Assembly (NCBI RefSeq): GCF_009827135.1
Contig: NZ_CP046534.1
Coordinates: 420,001-452,000, forward strand
Length of the DNA stretch: 32,000 bases
Origin: Blochmannia endosymbiont of Camponotus nipponensis
GTDB lineage: Bacteria > Pseudomonadota > Gammaproteobacteria > Enterobacterales > Enterobacteriaceae
Reading direction: 5' to 3'
The position numbers and the translations under genes are program-made. Below the pieces are notes generated by a model. That model did not search any database. It worked only from the letters and a program-made list of their open reading frames with translations, and was not told where the DNA came from. Below are positions 11,583 to 20,492 of the stretch, one piece after another. Positions within the stretch are counted from its first letter, which is position 1, and each line of letters starts with the position of its first letter.

Positions 11583-11729
11583 TTATATTGATTTGATCAT
11601 CAATTAATATTATAAAATATAATGAATATAGTTTTTTGTCATAATGATGGGATAATTAATCTATATAAATCTATGTTTTTAAAAATATATAAAAATAATA
11701 TTAATAAATTTATAGATATGTTATTTCAA

Positions 11730-12329
11730 TTATTTCAGCCAATTGTTAAGAGTTTTTTTTAATGATTCTATTCCATATTTTTTAAGAGCAGAAAAAGGTT
11801 CAGCTTGTATACATGTTGTAAATATTATCTTCATATCTTGCAGTATTTTTTGAGAGGTGATTTGTAAAATATATTTAGAAATTTTATCTGATTTATTTAA
11901 TAGAGTAAAAATAGGAATGTTCATAGAAAGTGCATTTTTAATAGTTTCTTTATCTAATTTCTTTATTGGATGCCTGATATCCATGATTAATATTAATCCT
12001 TTCAAATTTTCTCTTTTTTTTAAGTATTCACATATGGCCTCATGCCAGTAGTTTTTTCTATTTTTTACTCCTTTAGCATAACCGTAGCCAGGAAAATCAA
12101 TGAGACGAATACCTGGGCTTACTTCAAATAAATTAATAAGTTGCGTACATCCTGGTATTTTACTTACTTTAGTTAGTTTTTTTTGATAAGTTAAAGCGTT
12201 AATAGTACTGGATTTCCCGCTGTTAGAATAACCAACGAAAGCTACTTCCATCCCTATTTTTTCATCGGGTAAACAGTAAATTTTAGGAACACTTATCAAG
12301 AAACGAGTAGCATAATAATTATATGTCAT
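11730..12329 (-). CDS. engB: ribosome-biogenesis GTPase EngB/YihA
   Basis: 199-aa ORF with GTPase motifs G1 GYSNSGKSS, G3 DFPGYG and G4 NKSD. It is convergent with polA, as yihA is in E. coli. Confidence 0.9.
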   Translation of the reverse strand: MTYNYYATRFLISVPKIYCLPDEKIGMEVAFVGYSNSGKSSTINALTYQKKLTKVSKIPGCTQLINLFEVSPGIRLIDFPGYGYAKGVKNRKNYWHEAICEYLKKRENLKGLILIMDIRHPIKKLDKETIKNALSMNIPIFTLLNKSDKISKYILQITSQKILQDMKIIFTTCIQAEPFSALKKYGIESLKKTLNNWLK

Positions 12330-12582
12330 AATATATATACATTATCTATAGTTATAATAATATTAAAATGAATTACTTAAAATTTTATGGTTTGTGAATA
12401 TTAATATGAATAAATTTTATTAATTTATTTAAACAAATTTTGTAATATTGAGGTGAATATATATAAAATATGGAGTTGATTATTTTTAGTTTTCAATATA
12501 TTTTATTTTGCATTATTATAAATGTAATGCATGATGCTACTTATATATTCGCACGTTTTATATTTTATTATTTTTTGATTTA

Positions 12583-14031
12583 TTATACACTATAATATAA
12601 ATCAAATTCTATAGGGTGTGGGGTAGTACATACTACTTTATTTTCCTCTTTGCACAATAGAATATATGCATTGATGTAGTCTTTAGTAAAGACATTTCCT
12701 CGTGTTAGAAATTTATGATTTTCACTTAAAGACTGTAATGCTTCGTCAAAAGATCTAGCCATATGTGGTATGGATAAAGCTTCTTTTTCAGAAATAGTGT
12801 ATAAGTTTTTGTCTCTAGGTTCTCCTGGATGAATTTTATTAATAACGCCATCTAATCCAGCCATAAGTAATGCAGAAAAAGCTAGGTAGGGATTAGCAGC
12901 TGGATCGGGAAAACGAACTTCAATACGGCATGATGATGTGTTGTTTTTTTTTGTTTTTCCGATAGATGATGGAATACGAATTGCGCTAGAACGATTGAAA
13001 GCAGAATAAGTTAACATTACTGGAGCTTCATAATTTGGAACTAAACGTTTATATGAATTAGTAGTTGGATTAGTTATAGCATTTAATGCTTTTGCATGTT
13101 GTAAGATGCCTCCAATATAGAATAAGGCAGTGTCAGAAAGATTACCGTATTGGATACCTGAAAATAAATTAGTATTTTTTTTATGTAGAGATATGTGACA
13201 ATGCATACCTGATCCATTATCATTTATAATGGGTTTTGGCATAAAAGTTGCAGTTTTCCCAGAATTATAAGCAACATTGTGTACAACATATTTATATATT
13301 TGTATTTCATCAGCTTTTTTGGTAAGAGTATTAAATCGAGTCGTTATCTCATTTTGACCAGATGTTGCGACTTCATGATGATGAGTTTCTACAATTAATC
13401 CCATTTTTTCCATTATTAAAGACATAGTAGACCGCAAGTTTTGAGAAGAATCTATTGGAGGTACTGGAGCATATCCACCTTTTGTTTTAGGACGATGACC
13501 TTTGTTGCCATCTTTATAAAATTTACCACTATTCCATGTTGATTCTTTATCATCAATGATTACGTAAGACCCTGATATTGTTGTTTCAAAACGAACATCA
13601 TCAAATAAAAAAAATTCGGGTTCAGGGCCAAACATTACAGTATCGGCAATACCAGAGTTATATAAAAACATTTCTGCTCGTTTAGCGATAGATCGCGGGT
13701 CTCTGTCATAATTTTTCATAGTATGGGGTTCAAGAACATCACAACGTATAATTATTGTAGCATCTTCATAAAATGGATCTATTATAAAACTAGTAGGATC
13801 AGGCATTAATATCATATCTGATTCATTAATATCTTTCCATCCTTTGATGGAAGATCCATCAAAGATTTTACCATAATTGAATAAATGATCATTAATTTGA
13901 GTCTTAGGAATAGTGATGTGTTGTTCTTTTCCTTTTGTGTCGGTAAAACGTAAATCAGCAAATTTGATGTGATTTTCATTAATAATAGAAAAAATTTGTT
14001 CAATGTCTTTCATATTTATTTTCTCAGCCAT
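12583..14031 (-). CDS. glnA: glutamine synthetase type I
   Basis: 482-aa ORF, collinear with E. coli GlnA. Motifs: [88 protein letters not shown] and the adenylylation-site context DKNLY. The start could be the internal ATG at 14013, which fits the E. coli N-terminus better. Confidence 0.95.
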   Translation of the reverse strand: MAEKINMKDIEQIFSIINENHIKFADLRFTDTKGKEQHITIPKTQINDHLFNYGKIFDGSSIKGWKDINESDMILMPDPTSFIIDPFYEDATIIIRCDVLEPHTMKNYDRDPRSIAKRAEMFLYNSGIADTVMFGPEPEFFLFDDVRFETTISGSYVIIDDKESTWNSGKFYKDGNKGHRPKTKGGYAPVPPIDSSQNLRSTMSLIMEKMGLIVETHHHEVATSGQNEITTRFNTLTKKADEIQIYKYVVHNVAYNSGKTATFMPKPIINDNGSGMHCHISLHKKNTNLFSGIQYGNLSDTALFYIGGILQHAKALNAITNPTTNSYKRLVPNYEAPVMLTYSAFNRSSAIRIPSSIGKTKKNNTSSCRIEVRFPDPAANPYLAFSALLMAGLDGVINKIHPGEPRDKNLYTISEKEALSIPHMARSFDEALQSLSENHKFLTRGNVFTKDYINAYILLCKEENKVVCTTPHPIEFDLYYSV

Positions 14032-14738
14032 TATAGATCATATGATAATAAATTTGTTACACTATAATATAGGTCAGGATTAAGCTGTATTAAGATTAAT
14101 AGTGATAAATTATTTCTTAACAACTTTTTTAATTAAAAAGTTCATATTGCTGTTATTAATTTTTGTATTAGTATGTATGTATTTAAATGGATTTTTTAAC
14201 CTTTTCTTGAGATTTAAAACTTTTAATATAATATTATATTGTTATTGTTTTACAGAAATCTAATTTAACGAAAATAAAACATTTGGTTCATGCTTTGTAT
14301 TAATTGTGTATATATATGAATTATATGTATTATAACGAAGTATATCAAAATTTTTATTATAACCATAATATTTTATTTTATTATAAATGATGAATATCAT
14401 TTATAATAATAGTAGTTTATTTTTATAATTTTAAAAAATTAATAATTTTTAATAAGTTTATTATTCTGCATATATGTATATAATATATTAATAGTGTAAA
14501 TATGGGTAGAGATGCTAAAGCATTTTTAAACATTAATATGTATATTACAGTGGAGCTATTATTTTGTAAATATGTAAATTATTATATATTGTATAAATAT
14601 TGATGCTCATATTAAAAATAAAACAAATTATCAATTTTTATTATTTTTTAATGTTGTTTAATTTTATGGAAGTTGTTTTATAATATGGTTTTATACTTTA
14701 TATAGTGTTGATTTTTTTGTATATAAATATGTGAATAT

Positions 14739-14927
14739 TTATTTGGTAATTAAATTTTCTTCTATTTCTCTGAGAGCAAGTACAGTATATTTGTCATTAT
14801 TATTTTTTTTTATTAATGTTTCTTTCTCTCCAATTTGCATTTGTCTTGCGCGTCGTGCTGCAACTAATATTAAATCAAACCTGTTACCAATTTTTTCTAC
14901 AGCATTTTGTACAGTTATACGTGCCAT
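14739..14927 (-). CDS. rpoZ: RNA polymerase omega subunit (short form, 62 aa)
   Basis: [31 protein letters not shown] matches the E. coli omega N-terminus almost residue for residue. It lies immediately downstream of gmk, as in E. coli. Confidence 0.9.
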   Translation of the reverse strand: MARITVQNAVEKIGNRFDLILVAARRARQMQIGEKETLIKKNNNDKYTVLALREIEENLITK

Positions 14928-15021
14928 TTTTGTTCACCATATATGTGATTTTTTTATTTATTGATATTGATTATTAGATTATATATTTGGATTATGTGTT
15001 ATATATTATTTTATTTACTAT

Positions 15022-15663
15022 CTACTTATCTGGTAATAATAAATTGTTTATTAATGTTGCATGACGTATTTTTTGATGTGTTATTCGTAATTGTTCAGAT
15101 AATACAATTGATTGTAAATGTGTTAATGCGATATTAAAGTTATCATTTATTATGATATAATCATATTCTTTTAAATGATTAATTTCACTCATTGTTTTCT
15201 TCATGCGAATGGTAATAATTTTTTTTGTGTCTTTTCCTCTAAGATGTAATCGACGTACTAATTCTTTTTTGGATGGTGGTAAAACAAAGATAGTATAGAT
15301 GTTGTGTGATATTTTTTTTCGAATTTGTTGAGCTCCTTTCCAATCAATGTTTAGTATAATATGTATACCAGTTTTTAACATAGCCTCAATATTATTTTTT
15401 GTGGTACCATAGTAATGATTAAAGATTTTAGCGTATTCAAAGAACATGTTTTTTTTGATCATATCTTTAAATGTTTTTTTTGAAATAAAGTAGTAGTCTT
15501 TTCCATGTATTTCTCCAGATCTTTTAACCCGTGTGGTATGAGAGATAGATAGTTTAGTTGTTTGAATAAAATGGTTATATTGCATTAAATTTTTAATTAA
15601 AGTGGATTTTCCTGTGCCACTTGGAGCGGATATGATACATAATGTTCCTAAAGGTTCTATCAT
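15022..15663 (-). CDS. gmk: guanylate kinase
   Basis: 213-aa ORF with the P-loop SAPSGTGKST plus SISHTTR..R.GE.HG.DY.F, YYGT and IDW.GAQQIR. The gmk-rpoZ order matches E. coli. Confidence 0.93.
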   Translation of the reverse strand: MIEPLGTLCIISAPSGTGKSTLIKNLMQYNHFIQTTKLSISHTTRVKRSGEIHGKDYYFISKKTFKDMIKKNMFFEYAKIFNHYYGTTKNNIEAMLKTGIHIILNIDWKGAQQIRKKISHNIYTIFVLPPSKKELVRRLHLRGKDTKKIITIRMKKTMSEINHLKEYDYIIINDNFNIALTHLQSIVLSEQLRITHQKIRHATLINNLLLPDK

Positions 15664-15811
15664 AAAATAAAACGTATAATTTGATTGTATAAATAGTACA
15701 TGTATTGAATGTATATGTATTTACTTGAATAGATTATATATTTATATATGGACATATAGTTTATCAAAATTATTATTTTATAGATATATTTGTGTTATAT
15801 AGATTTTTTTT

Positions 15812-15918
15812 TGAATCAACTCCGTGATAAAACTTGAGAAATTTTTAATATTTGATGACATAAACTATACTTAAATATAAGTAAATTATAAAATGTGTGT
15901 TATCACGGAGTTGATTCA
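15812..15918. repeat. 107-bp element bounded by a perfect 19-bp inverted repeat
   Basis: tgaatcaactccgtgataa (15812-15830) is the exact reverse complement of ttatcacggagttgattca (15900-15918). I checked all 19 pairs base by base. The arms contain 7 G/C pairs in an otherwise A/T spacer and are separated by 69 nt. A T9 run lies immediately to the left on the + strand. Confidence 0.85.
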
Positions 15919-15948
15919 TTAATAATAATGTACAACATATATACTATT

Positions 15949-16395
15949 TTATATATTATTTTTATGTGTTGTTTTTTGTTTTGTTTCCAGCAAACTACAT
16001 ACTTCTTTAAAATTTTTAAGTTGTATATCAGATAAAAGAGAAAACATGCGCTCTAAAATAATATTGTGTGTTTCTTCAGCGATATGCAGTTTATTACGTC
16101 CTTTTTCTGTAATATAAACGTATTTAACTCTGCGATCTGTAAAACTTTGTTGTCGACGTAACATTTCATCTTTTTCTAATGCATCAAGAACTGTTACTAC
16201 AGTTCTTGATGAAAATCCCATATAATTTTTAATATCTGTTGCGCTGGTTTTTCCGGTAGTAATAAGATGTAATATTTTCATTTTGGACATTGAAAGGCCT
16301 TCATTAATTAATTGACTGTTTATTTCTTTACGTAAACGGTGGTAAATTCGGGATAAGGATTCTACCATGTTTGATATATCTGCTAATCTATTCAT
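15949..16395 (-). CDS. MarR-family winged-helix transcriptional regulator (orthology unresolved)
   Basis: 148-aa ORF with the typical MarR layout: LS.SKMKILHLI, then the HTH TSATDIKNYMGFSSRTVVTVLDALEKDEML, then the wing DRRVKYVYITEKG. It has no counterpart at this position in E. coli K-12, which has ligB-yicG-dinD between gmk and yicC. Confidence 0.75.
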   Translation of the reverse strand: MNRLADISNMVESLSRIYHRLRKEINSQLINEGLSMSKMKILHLITTGKTSATDIKNYMGFSSRTVVTVLDALEKDEMLRRQQSFTDRRVKYVYITEKGRNKLHIAEETHNIILERMFSLLSDIQLKNFKEVCSLLETKQKTTHKNNI

Positions 16396-16848
16396 AATTA
16401 TATGTCTCTATATTGAATTAATAACGATAATAGAACTGTGTTTAATGGTGTTAGTGCAATTAGCAACAGTCTAAAATTAGAAATTTATCATCAAAAGATT
16501 TGTTTATTAAGATAATAATTTTCGGAACATGTTGTTACTTAATAGTTAATTATTTTTTAATTAATTGCTGTGGTTTATATCTCCTAAATTTATTGTGAAT
16601 TTATTAAATTAATATCTTGTTTTTATTAAAAATGGTAGATATTGATAATTTAGAATATATGAATTTTAGATGTTTAATTTATATTAATTTATGTTTTATT
16701 TTATCGGAGTTTTTTTAAATTTGAAATATTACTATTGGAAAAAGAAATTGTTTGAAAAATTTTTTAGAAATATTTTTTTTAATTTTTTTTGATTTATTTT
16801 TTATTTAAAAATTCTATATATCTTGAATTAAATCAGTCTATATCGTAA

Positions 16849-16914
16849 TTATATTTAAAATTATTATAAAAAATAAAATTTCTATTTTATTTTTTATAAT
16901 AATTTTAAATATAA
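16849..16914. repeat. perfect 31-bp all-A/T inverted repeat (hairpin/cruciform) with a 4-nt loop
   Basis: 16849-16879 pairs perfectly with 16884-16914, with loop ttct at 16880-16883. I verified every pair by hand. It sits in the middle of the 879-bp, almost pure A/T spacer between the MarR gene and yicC. Confidence 0.9.
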
Positions 16915-17274
16915 AATTTATATTTTATAATAAATATTTTTTACATGTAATTATATATTTTTACATTTACTTCGACATTGGTATATAAAAATGATTTATT
17001 TTTTAAATGATATATATATATCAGTTAATTTATAGTAAAATATTTACTATATAAATGTATATATTTATCTAATAAAATAGACGCAACATAAAATCATATA
17101 AATTTTATTTTATTAAATATATTTTATTAAAAATAATATGATGTGATTAAGAATTGTAATAATAGTTGTGATATAAAAATGAAGATTTTGAGAATAAAAT
17201 GATAATTATAACATCATTGCTTAAATGTAATGTTGATTAAAGTTATATCTATTCAAATATATAATATATTTGTA

Positions 17275-18153
17275 TTACTCAATATTTTGGGTTTGCTCTC
17301 GAATTTGTTCAATGAATACTTTTAAAGAAATCGCTAATTGAGTAATATGAGAATTTATAGATTTTGAAGTTAATGTATTAGCTTCTCTGTGTAATTCTTG
17401 TATTATAAAATCTAGTCTTCTACCAATGGATCCTGGCTTGTCCAAGGTATGATGCATTTCTTTGATATGGCTTATTAATCGATCTGTTTCTTCTGAAATA
17501 TCAATTTTTTGAGCTATTATTAATAACTCTTGTTCTAATCGTATTGGGTCAGTGTAGATACAAACGTCTTTCATTTGTTCTAAAAGTTTTTTGCGTTTCC
17601 ATTCTAATACATTAGGCATGTATTGACGAATTTTATTAACTTCATCGTATATTAGGTGTAATCTTTCTATAATTTTAGTTTTTAAAAAATCCCCTTCTCT
17701 TGCTCTATCTTGTATCAAATTATGTAATGTTTCTTTAAAGCATAGCAATAACTCAGTATGAATATTGTTTATATTATTAAAATTATTTTGTTCATATGTT
17801 ATTACTCCTGGACAAAATAAAATATCTAGCGGATTCATTTGCCCTTCATTTATTAGTGTGTTTATCCATTTTGCGTATGAAATAAGATGATGAACCAATT
17901 GTTTATTAACAGTAAATGTATCTGTGTTATTGTCATTATTATTCATTTTAATACGTAAAATGCATTCTATTTTTCCTCTAACAAGAGAATCTTTAATATT
18001 TTTTCGAATTATCCGTGATAAATCATAAAGATGTTTGGGTAGATCAATATGAATGTCTAGGTAACGTTGGTTTAAAGAATAAATTTCCCAGATAACATTA
18101 CCCCATGTATATTTTACTTCATGTCTTGAAAAAGCAGTCATACTATGAACCAT
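17275..18153 (-). CDS. yicC: YicC-family stress-induced protein
   Basis: 292-aa ORF. The N-terminus MVHSMTAFSRHEVKYTWGNVIWEIYSLNQRYLDIHIDLP...RGKIECILR parallels E. coli YicC (MIRSMTAYARRE...WEMRSVNQRYLE...RGKVEC). The C-terminal GRRLDFIIQELHREANTL motif is present. Confidence 0.88.
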   Translation of the reverse strand: MVHSMTAFSRHEVKYTWGNVIWEIYSLNQRYLDIHIDLPKHLYDLSRIIRKNIKDSLVRGKIECILRIKMNNNDNNTDTFTVNKQLVHHLISYAKWINTLINEGQMNPLDILFCPGVITYEQNNFNNINNIHTELLLCFKETLHNLIQDRAREGDFLKTKIIERLHLIYDEVNKIRQYMPNVLEWKRKKLLEQMKDVCIYTDPIRLEQELLIIAQKIDISEETDRLISHIKEMHHTLDKPGSIGRRLDFIIQELHREANTLTSKSINSHITQLAISLKVFIEQIREQTQNIE

Positions 18154-18351
18154 AACATCACCTAAATTGTGTTAATATATAATAAAGTCAAAGTTTTTTA
18201 AATTTAGAAAAGTATAATAGTTTTATTCTGTCATGTATGTTTATATGAAAAAATTAATTATAATAATTGTATTATTTATTGAATAATAAATAATAACATG
18301 GAGGTACTATAATTAATAATGATTTTTAAAATTCTTGTTTATGTTAAAATA

Positions 18352-18387
18352 AAATAAAAAACAATAAAAATATATTGTTTTTTATTT
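18352..18387 (-). terminator. candidate hairpin in the dut-yicC spacer (possible terminator of coaBC-dut)
   Basis: A 15-bp perfect stem (18352-18366 / 18373-18387) with a 6-nt loop. On the minus strand it is followed by tattttaacat. It is all-AT except for one C-G pair, so statistical support is marginal. Confidence 0.2.
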
Positions 18388-18771
18388 ATAAAAGAATTAA
18401 TATTACTAATTTAGTAAAATGATAAAATAAATATATCAAATATAATATTTTCAACATATATGCTTCCAGTATGTTTATTTAAAATAATATAATTTATATG
18501 ATGTAATAAATTAATTAAATATTATTTTAATAAATAATTAATATTTAATTTTTTTATAAAAGAAATAAAGTTATTTTTTGATCAAAATTAATTCATAATA
18601 TTTATTATTATAATTAAATAATATCAATAAGGTAATTTATGTATATAAAAAAATAAAAATTTTTTGAAATTTATTTTGATGAAGTAATAACGTTTTATTC
18701 TAGAGGTGAGATATAACTCTATCCATTTATATATATAAATATAAACTTTATTTGAAAATATAATTAAAATG

Positions 18772-18791
18772 AAACAATATTATTATTGTTT
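18772..18791 (-). terminator. candidate weak terminator hairpin just after the dut stop
   Basis: An 8-bp stem (aaacaata / tattgttt) with a 4-nt loop, 17 nt downstream of the dut stop on the minus strand. It is followed by cattttaattatatttt. Confidence 0.2.
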
Positions 18792-18807
18792 TGATAAAAA
18801 TAATATT

Positions 18808-19257
18808 TTACATTGAATGTCCAAAACCATCAGATCCACGTTCAGTAGGAATAAATGATTTGACCACAGAAAATTTAACTTGAATTATTGGTATAAAAAC
18901 TAATTGTGCTATTCGTTTTCCAGGATACACAATATATTTTTTTGATCCACGATTCCATAAAGATACCATTATCTCTCCCTGGTAATCTGAATCAATAAGT
19001 CCCACTAAATTTCCCAAGACAATACCGTATTTGTGCCCTAAACCTGAACGAGGTAAAATAATCCCTGCTATTTTTGAATCAGAAATGTATACCGCAATAC
19101 CAGTGGAAATCAAATGAGTTTTTCCGGGATAAATGGTTAAAGGCATATCTAAACAAGCTGGTAAATCTAATCCGGCAGATCCTGATGTAGCATATTTAGG
19201 AAAACAAAAATGATTATAAATACGATTATCAATAATTTTGATATTAATTATTTTCAT
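18808..19257 (-). CDS. dut: dUTP diphosphatase
   Basis: [45 protein letters not shown] and GFGHS match E. coli Dut. The ORF is open back to 19272, but [12 protein letters not shown] (ATG at 19255-19257) aligns with E. coli MMKKIDVKILDPR and avoids overlapping coaBC. Confidence 0.9.
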   Translation of the reverse strand: MKIINIKIIDNRIYNHFCFPKYATSGSAGLDLPACLDMPLTIYPGKTHLISTGIAVYISDSKIAGIILPRSGLGHKYGIVLGNLVGLIDSDYQGEIMVSLWNRGSKKYIVYPGKRIAQLVFIPIIQVKFSVVKSFIPTERGSDGFGHSM

Positions 19258-20464
19258 TATAGCGATTAACAATTTCGTTAATAAGTTGTTGCGCTAATAA
19301 TTTTTTTTTTCTTAAAGGTAATATAACGCTTCCTTTATTCCAAAATAAATACAAAGCATTATTGTCACTATTAAATCCTTGATTTATGTTAGAAATATTA
19401 TTAGCACAAATTAAATCTAAATGCTTATTAATACGTTTGTTTTGAGCATATTTTTCGATGTTTTTGGTTTCGGCAGCGAATCCAACAACATAAGGACGTT
19501 GTTTCATTAATGATCCTACTTCTGCCACAATATCAGGATTTTTAATCATAATTATTTTTAAGGTGTTTTTATCTTTTTTGATTTTTTCAAGAGAAGTATG
19601 ACAAATACGATAATCTGATACTGCCGCGCAACCAATAAAAATTTGTTGGTTTTTAACATTTTGCATAACTGCTTTTTTCATGTCTAATGCTGAGATAACG
19701 TTAATACGTTGTACTCGAGTAGGAGTATTTAAATTTACTGGGCCTGAAATTAATGTAACTTTAGCGCCTTTATCTGCTGCAGCTTGTGCGATAGCAAATC
19801 CCATTTTTCCTGAACTGTAATTAGTAAAAAAACGGATAGGATCCAAAGCTTCATGAGTAGGACCAGCGGTAATCATGATATTAAGATGGCTTAAAGAATT
19901 GTCATGAGAAAAATAATGTTCTACATTTTCAGCGAGTACTTTTGGATTAGTCATGCGTCCGTAACCAATATCGTTGCAAGCTTGATATCCATAATCCGGG
20001 CCCCATACTAAAACTCCCCTTTTTCTTAGAATATCTAAATTTGATTGAGTCGCAATAGCTTTATACATTTGTTGATTCATGGATGGTGCAACAGCAATAG
20101 GAGCTGTTGTGGCTAAGCATAAACTACATAATAAATCATTAGCTAATCCTACAGATAATCTAGCTAATAAATTAGCTGTAGCTGGAGCAAGTAAAACTAA
20201 ATCTGCCCATTTAGCCAACTTTATGTGTGGCATTGTTGTTTCTATTTGAGGAGTAATGAAATTATCTAATACTGGATTACATGATATTGTTTGCAAGCTT
20301 AGAGGAGTAACGAATTTTTTTGCAGATTTCGTCATTATCACTTTAACTTCTGAACCTTTTTCTTTCAAACATCGCACAAGATCTATAGTTTTATATGCAG
20401 CGATACCACCGCTTATTCCTAATATGATATGTTTATCGATTAAGCCCGTCATATTATATTTCAC
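19244..20464 (-). CDS. coaBC: bifunctional phosphopantothenoylcysteine decarboxylase / synthetase
   Basis: 406-aa ORF, collinear with E. coli Dfp. Motifs: [39 protein letters not shown]...[20 protein letters not shown] and [10 protein letters not shown]. The coaBC-dut order matches E. coli. Confidence 0.93.
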   Translation of the reverse strand: MKYNMTGLIDKHIILGISGGIAAYKTIDLVRCLKEKGSEVKVIMTKSAKKFVTPLSLQTISCNPVLDNFITPQIETTMPHIKLAKWADLVLLAPATANLLARLSVGLANDLLCSLCLATTAPIAVAPSMNQQMYKAIATQSNLDILRKRGVLVWGPDYGYQACNDIGYGRMTNPKVLAENVEHYFSHDNSLSHLNIMITAGPTHEALDPIRFFTNYSSGKMGFAIAQAAADKGAKVTLISGPVNLNTPTRVQRINVISALDMKKAVMQNVKNQQIFIGCAAVSDYRICHTSLEKIKKDKNTLKIIMIKNPDIVAEVGSLMKQRPYVVGFAAETKNIEKYAQNKRINKHLDLICANNISNINQGFNSDNNALYLFWNKGSVILPLRKKKLLAQQLINEIVNRYNENN

Positions 20465-20492
20465 ATAATTTTTATAATTGTAGTTTTATGTG

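Noticed and set aside
11583-11729. Expected Spot 42 (spf) sRNA between polA and engB, as in E. coli
   Set aside because: The 147-bp spacer shows none of the Spot 42 sequence features. There is no GTAGGGTACAGAGG-like 5' end and no G/C-rich terminator stem. Only a 6-bp attgat/atcaat hairpin is present, so I consider it lost.
11857-12051. 64-aa + strand ORF inside engB
   Set aside because: It is antisense to the engB GTPase domain (G3/G4 region). Spurious.
13812-14003. 63-aa minus-strand ORF inside glnA in another frame
   Set aside because: It is an out-of-frame overlap with the highly conserved GlnA N-terminal domain. No independent support.
14032-14200. Sigma-54/NtrC-type glnAp2 promoter upstream of glnA
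   Set aside because: No TGGCAC-N5-TTGCA (or its complement on the + strand) is present. Only an 8-bp A/T hairpin at 14122-14142 is visible, which is not distinctive.
14378-14409. 14-bp perfect hairpin (ttattataaatgat / atcatttataataa, loop gaat) in the glnA-rpoZ spacer
   Set aside because: It is nearly all A/T. By rough estimate several such hairpins are expected by chance in 32 kb of this composition, and it has no positional logic.
14731-14964. 77-aa + strand ORF covering rpoZ
   Set aside because: It is antisense to rpoZ, whose translation matches E. coli omega almost exactly. The + strand product is a hydrophobic low-complexity artefact.
20256-20468. 70-aa + strand ORF at the 5' end of coaBC
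   Set aside because: It is antisense to the conserved flavoprotein N-terminus of CoaBC ([10 protein letters not shown]).
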